Shown here: piece by piece, positions 60,061 to 64,000 of the stretch | Position numbering within the stretch: position 1 is the first letter of the stretch | Layout of the letters: every line of letters begins with the position of its first letter | DNA from: Candidatus Chisholmbacteria bacterium RIFCSPHIGHO2_01_FULL_52_32 | Lineage (GTDB): Bacteria > Patescibacteriota > Microgenomatia > UBA1400 > Chisholmbacteraceae | Direction: 5' to 3' | DNA: 64,000 nucleotides | Assembly (NCBI GenBank): GCA_001816585.1 | Contig: MHCJ01000006.1 | Coordinates: 64,040 to 128,039 of the forward strand | Made by a program: the position numbers and the translations under genes | Notes under the pieces: model-generated | The model's input: the letters and a program-made list of their open reading frames with translations, nothing else | Told to the model about the DNA's origin: nothing | The model's database searches: none

Positions 60061-61277
60061 CCAATGATTTACAATCGGCTTTTAAATCGACTTCTAGAGA
60101 TTGGAAACAGAAGAAAAAGGGGCTTAGACGGCAAGAAAGCATGAGTTCATGGGGTTTATCAAGTTTACGCTCATACCGTCCACCACGGCAAACAGTAAGA
60201 GACGCTGCTTTTAAAGTTATGAAAGATGCAATAAACAAAGCAAGCGAAAATGGACGTTACTTTGCTAATGCTCGCCAGATCATGTATGCTGCGAGGCCTT
60301 TAGTACTTGAGATAACGAGGGGCGAAATATGGAAAGATTCAGCATACTTTACTCAAACTTTACTTAAAGATTATATCGAACAATATGGCGGTGGAGAAAA
60401 GATTGTTTGGGATGCTCGGGGACATTTAATCGAACCACACACAAAAAAGGTCATACCACTAGGAGGTATTGATGTATTAAAGTACATCAACGACTGGAAC
60501 AGTAAATTTGATATATACGAAGATAGTATTGTACCGAAAGGTATTAAAACTGTTGGACCTAAACTCAGATACGGTGGCGTGCTCTTTATCGAAAAAGAGG
60601 GATTTTCAGAAATTCTTGATGACGCCAGAATTGCGGAAAGATTTGATATCGCCATCATGTCAACCAAAGGGCTCCCTGTTGGTGCTGCATGTAGATTAGT
60701 TTCAGAGCTGGCCGCAGGATCTAAAATTCTTGTCCTTCACGATTTTGATTTGGCTGGATTCAAGATTCTCCAAACTCTAAAGTGTGGTACAAGACTAGCA
60801 CCTAGCACGGAAATTACAGATATTGGCCTACGAATAGACGATGTTTTAAAACTCCAATCTGAGGTTGTTGATTATAAACAATGTATTGATCCAAAAATTT
60901 ATTTACGAAATTGCGGTGCAACCAAAGAAGAATGCGATTTCCTGGTTGAAAAACAAGTTTTTCAGAAAAAATGGATCGGAAAACGAGTAGAGCTGAACGC
61001 CATGACTTCAAAACAACTAATTGACTGGCTTGAACAAAAATTACTCGACCATGGTATCAGTAAGGTAATCCCCGACAAAGCAACACTATCCAAAGCCTAT
61101 CAAAGAGCTAGTTATTGCCTTACGCTTCAAGAGGAAATTGAACTAATAAAAGAAGAATTTGATATCGAAGCTGTCAAAATTCCAAAAGATCTATCCAAAC
61201 AAGTGAAAAAAAGAATAATAAATAGTCAACTCTCTTGGGATAAAGCTGTCTGGAATATAGTTTTTGGAGAAAAATGA
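60051..61277 (+). CDS. Spo11/Top6A-like protein (5Y-CAP catalytic Tyr + Toprim)
   Basis: Catalytic Tyr motif ARQIMYAAR, Toprim Glu VLFIEKEGF, DxD motif VLHDFDLAGF; 10-nt overlap with GHKL gene. Confidence 0.7.
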   Translation: MSLTNDLQSAFKSTSRDWKQKKKGLRRQESMSSWGLSSLRSYRPPRQTVRDAAFKVMKDAINKASENGRYFANARQIMYAARPLVLEITRGEIWKDSAYFTQTLLKDYIEQYGGGEKIVWDARGHLIEPHTKKVIPLGGIDVLKYINDWNSKFDIYEDSIVPKGIKTVGPKLRYGGVLFIEKEGFSEILDDARIAERFDIAIMSTKGLPVGAACRLVSELAAGSKILVLHDFDLAGFKILQTLKCGTRLAPSTEITDIGLRIDDVLKLQSEVVDYKQCIDPKIYLRNCGATKEECDFLVEKQVFQKKWIGKRVELNAMTSKQLIDWLEQKLLDHGISKVIPDKATLSKAYQRASYCLTLQEEIELIKEEFDIEAVKIPKDLSKQVKKRIINSQLSWDKAVWNIVFGEK

Positions 61278-62289
61278 AAGGTTAAGTAGAAGATTTAAGT
61301 TCGACAATAGTCGAGGGGTCGCAAGAGACCAAGGTTAAGGAGTCAAAACTGGCAAAATCGATGATATAAGCCAGTAAGACTTCCATATCGAAGTTAAACG
61401 GTATCGGAGCCCTGCAGTAAAGGCGGTAGCCAAACGCAAACACTGAAAATGAAACAGGGGTCTTATCCAGATGCTCGCTTATAAAGCGTAACCGTCGTAG
61501 AAGTGCGAGTGAGAAGGATTACAGCTCACCTTGCCTCTGAGGCGACAACTTAAAGCAGAAGCGGGATGAATCTACTAGCTAATCTAGTTACAACAAGTAG
61601 CAGGCTGCACACTGATCAATTCAGAATGGCATAAGTAGGAAGTTGCCTTCAAGTCTCGTAAACTAGGATTAAGCTTCATGGAGTGGTAAAGCTACACCTG
61701 GACACGTTAGAACATGAGGAGTTGTTCAAGAACCGTTTATTTCTCTTGCGACTGCAGTTTATAGCTGTAGGGATTAATACTGCTTATAAGACAAACATTA
61801 TCGTAATATTTTTTCAAACACATACTCTTAAAAATTTAAAAAACTAACTTTTCGTACTTATCATAATTGAGCCTAACTGTCGTTTTATTAGATATATTTA
61901 GCCTCATTTAGCCTGAAATCATAAGAGCGGTTATAAATTGTGGTTTCCCGCCTTATGATAGCCACTACCGCCCTTTTGATAATTCATAAAGTCGGTTGTC
62001 AGCAAATATACAACCTTCCTCCTATTTCAGTCGTCTGAACTCCTGTTTTCTTCAATCCAATATTGACAGCCGCCATCTTGCTCTTGACTTTCACTCGGGG
62101 TTCTGTTCCCCTAGGGGGCATGTCTCATTTAGCCATTGCATACGGGATAATTTTTTACTATACTGTTATTAAGTTTTTAATAAGACTCAACTCGGGTCTT
62201 ATAGGTAGAGTAAAAGTTTTAGGTATAGTTTCAGAGGCACATTTCGTGCCAAAGACTATACCTTTTTTTGTTATTTAGGAGGTAAAAGT

Positions 62290-62484
62290 ATGCAGTATAT
62301 AAAAGATATAAGAACAGAGGACTATTTGGATCTTCTGGCAACTAGACTGGCCGAGATAAAACTGTCGGAGTTAGGTTACCGATTTATCCCCGGAATTTAT
62401 CCGGTATTTAGACACCTCAAGCGCTTTATTGAAGCCAGAGCCAGAATCATTACACCCCAGAAAGGAGGTCGAACTGTATGTTAA
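62290..62484 (+). CDS. hypothetical small protein (64 aa) upstream of recombinase
   Basis: TAGGAGGT RBS 6 nt before ATG. Confidence 0.4.
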   Translation: MQYIKDIRTEDYLDLLATRLAEIKLSELGYRFIPGIYPVFRHLKRFIEARARIITPQKGGRTVC

Positions 62485-62601
62485 AAGCAATTTCTTACTA
62501 TAGAAAATCTTCTGATAAAAATGGGTCGAAAGTCGGATTAAATAAAAATGTCCAGCTCAAAGTACTTAAAAGTTATTTAAAAAAGAAAGGAGGTAGTGTC
62601 G

Positions 62602-64000
62602 TATGTCCAAAGCAGTAATTTATTCCCGAGTATCAACCGAGGAACAAGCCAACGAAGGCAAATCAATTGAGGTCCAAATTGATCTTTGCCGAAAGTGGGC
62701 TAAAGAGAACAAATACTCGGTTGTTGGAGTTTACCCGGAACCAGGGAGAAGCGCCACCACGCTTAAGGGTAGAGTCGGTCTTCAAGAAGCAATTGCTCAA
62801 TGTCAGGATGAAAAAATTGACGCCCTGCTGGTTATGGATACAGATAGGTTAGCTCGTAATCCTGCAGATCATTTCTTTATTAAAAAGGCTTTGGCAAAAG
62901 GTGGCACAAGACTTGTTGCTGTCAACCAACCAATGATTAATGACTCTGCTGAAGGAAACTTAATCGAGGCAGTTTTAGCGGGTATGAATGCTTTTCAATC
63001 TGAAATCACCGGAAGAAAAGTTAAAAAGAGCTTAGAAAAAAAGTGTCAGGAAGGCTGGTGGCCGGGCTGGGCACCACTTGGCTATATCAATATCAATAAA
63101 GGCTCTGATGATAAACCGATAAGAATTGTAGAAATCGATCCGGAGCGTGGGCCTTTGATAACTGAGTTTTTCAGACTCTACTCAACCGGCAACTATAGCA
63201 TAGACGCTTTAGTTGATATTTTGTTTAACATGGGGCTTCGCTCAAGACAGGGAAAAAGGGTTTACCGCAGTATTTTATACAATGTCCTTAAAAACGTCTT
63301 TTATATTGGAATGCTTAAGTTTAACGGCCAGATTTACAAGGGCAACCACCAACCCTTAACCACGCCTGAAATCTTTGAAAACTGCCAAAAAACATCTCAA
63401 CTGCATAATAAAAACGCTTGCCGAAGAAGAAAATACCGCTGGCTTTTAAACGGTTTTGTTTACTGCGGTTCTTGTAACACCCGCCTATACACCAGCTGGA
63501 ACCATAAAAAGAAAAAGGGCTACTATCACGGTAGTGTCAGAAACGGCTGTAACCATTATATTGGTTTGGATGAGCTAGAAGAGAAAGTAGCAAACCAACT
63601 TAAGAAAATCCAGTTTTCCGAAAGTTTCAGTCAGCGGGTTATTGACAAAGCCAAAGAACTGGTTAAGCGGTCACGGGAAGCTCGAGATGAGGAAATCCAG
63701 GCTCTAAGAAACAAAGTTAAGGCCCTCGAAGTAAAGAGAAACACGCTCGAGGATAACTTACTAGACCAAACCATCGATAAAGAGACTTTCAAACGTAAAC
63801 ATAACGAGCTAGAGCTTCAGATCCAAAACCTAGAGAATGATATTGCCACCATTGAAAACCAATCCGGTTTTGACGTCGACGTCATTTCCGATATCTTAAG
63901 CCTTACCCAAAACGTTTATGAAACTTACAAAAGGGCTAATTTCGAGGCTAAAAAGCACTATTTATCGATTTTCTTTGAAAGATTAGAAGTCAAAGACAAA
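62602..64000 (+). CDS. large serine recombinase/integrase, 3' partial (runs off window end)
   Basis: N-terminal resolvase catalytic motif AVIYSRVSTEEQ, recombinase domain, zinc-ribbon CGSCNTRLY...C, coiled-coil tail; AGGAGG RBS; not in ORF table because no stop within window; start coordinate +/-1. Confidence 0.8.

Larger units (their letters stand above)
44225..64000. mobile_element. low-GC genomic/defense island (RM and nuclease genes, Xis-like HTH, large serine recombinase); right end beyond window
   Basis: GC drops from ~50-55% to ~33-42% after purB; gene content typical of integrative defense islands. Confidence 0.5.

Noticed and set aside
61290-61800. ORF-free GC-richer stretch considered as tmRNA, RNase P RNA or an ORF-less group II intron
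   Set aside because: No GGGG...CCACCA/T-loop, no P4 (AGGAAAGUCCGGGCUC) and no recognisable domain V; a GUGCG pentamer alone is insufficient.
62063-62278. 71-aa plus-strand ORF
   Set aside because: Lies in the promoter-like region upstream of the 64-aa ORF, has a TTG start and no RBS.

Overview
The window splits into two parts. The first (about 1-44.1 kb, ~50-55% GC) is densely packed bacterial housekeeping backbone, mostly on the minus strand. It includes PBP1A, cmk, a pentose-phosphate/sugar-kinase cluster (PfkB kinase, LOG, rpe-like, rpiB), a small K+ channel, and a thiol-redox and Fe-S neighbourhood: CcdA, a TlpA/DipZ-like thioredoxin, Crp/Fnr, MIP18, a DsbA-like protein, ferredoxin, an FNR-like reductase, sufCBDSU and an Rrf2 regulator. 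It also carries mutY, a metzincin, class II FBA, several unknown secreted/coiled-coil proteins, an acyltransferase-3, a DUF62 SAM hydrolase, BrnT/BrnA, Fic, HAD, VOC, DUF305, an orphan histidine kinase and purB-purA-guaB. The second part (about 44.2 kb to the window end, ~33-42% GC) looks like a horizontally acquired defense/mobile island. Its minus-strand operon reads Xis-like HTH - hsdM - hsdS - RloC-like Rad50-type ATPase - hsdR - GmrSD-like DUF262/DUF1524 nuclease - Cas4-like PD-(D/E)xK nuclease - unknown protein. It also holds a membrane-anchored Mrr-cat endonuclease, a translationally coupled three-gene module (HTH protein, Top6B-like GHKL ATPase, Spo11/Top6A-like 5Y-CAP/Toprim protein), a 0.8-kb ORF-free structured stretch, and a large serine recombinase running off the window end. 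The candidate novel system is the split mini type-IIB-topoisomerase-like module (Top6B-like + Top6A-like + HTH partner) inside the restriction/defense island. The nuclease triad next to the type I RM operon is a second candidate. Other oddities: a ~220-240-nt structured repeat element present twice, one copy inserted in frame but antisense into mutY; a conserved leader motif shared by two unrelated genes; a frameshift splitting sufB; and an AT-rich tandem-repeat in-frame insertion in sufC. I saw no rRNA, tRNA or CRISPR array.
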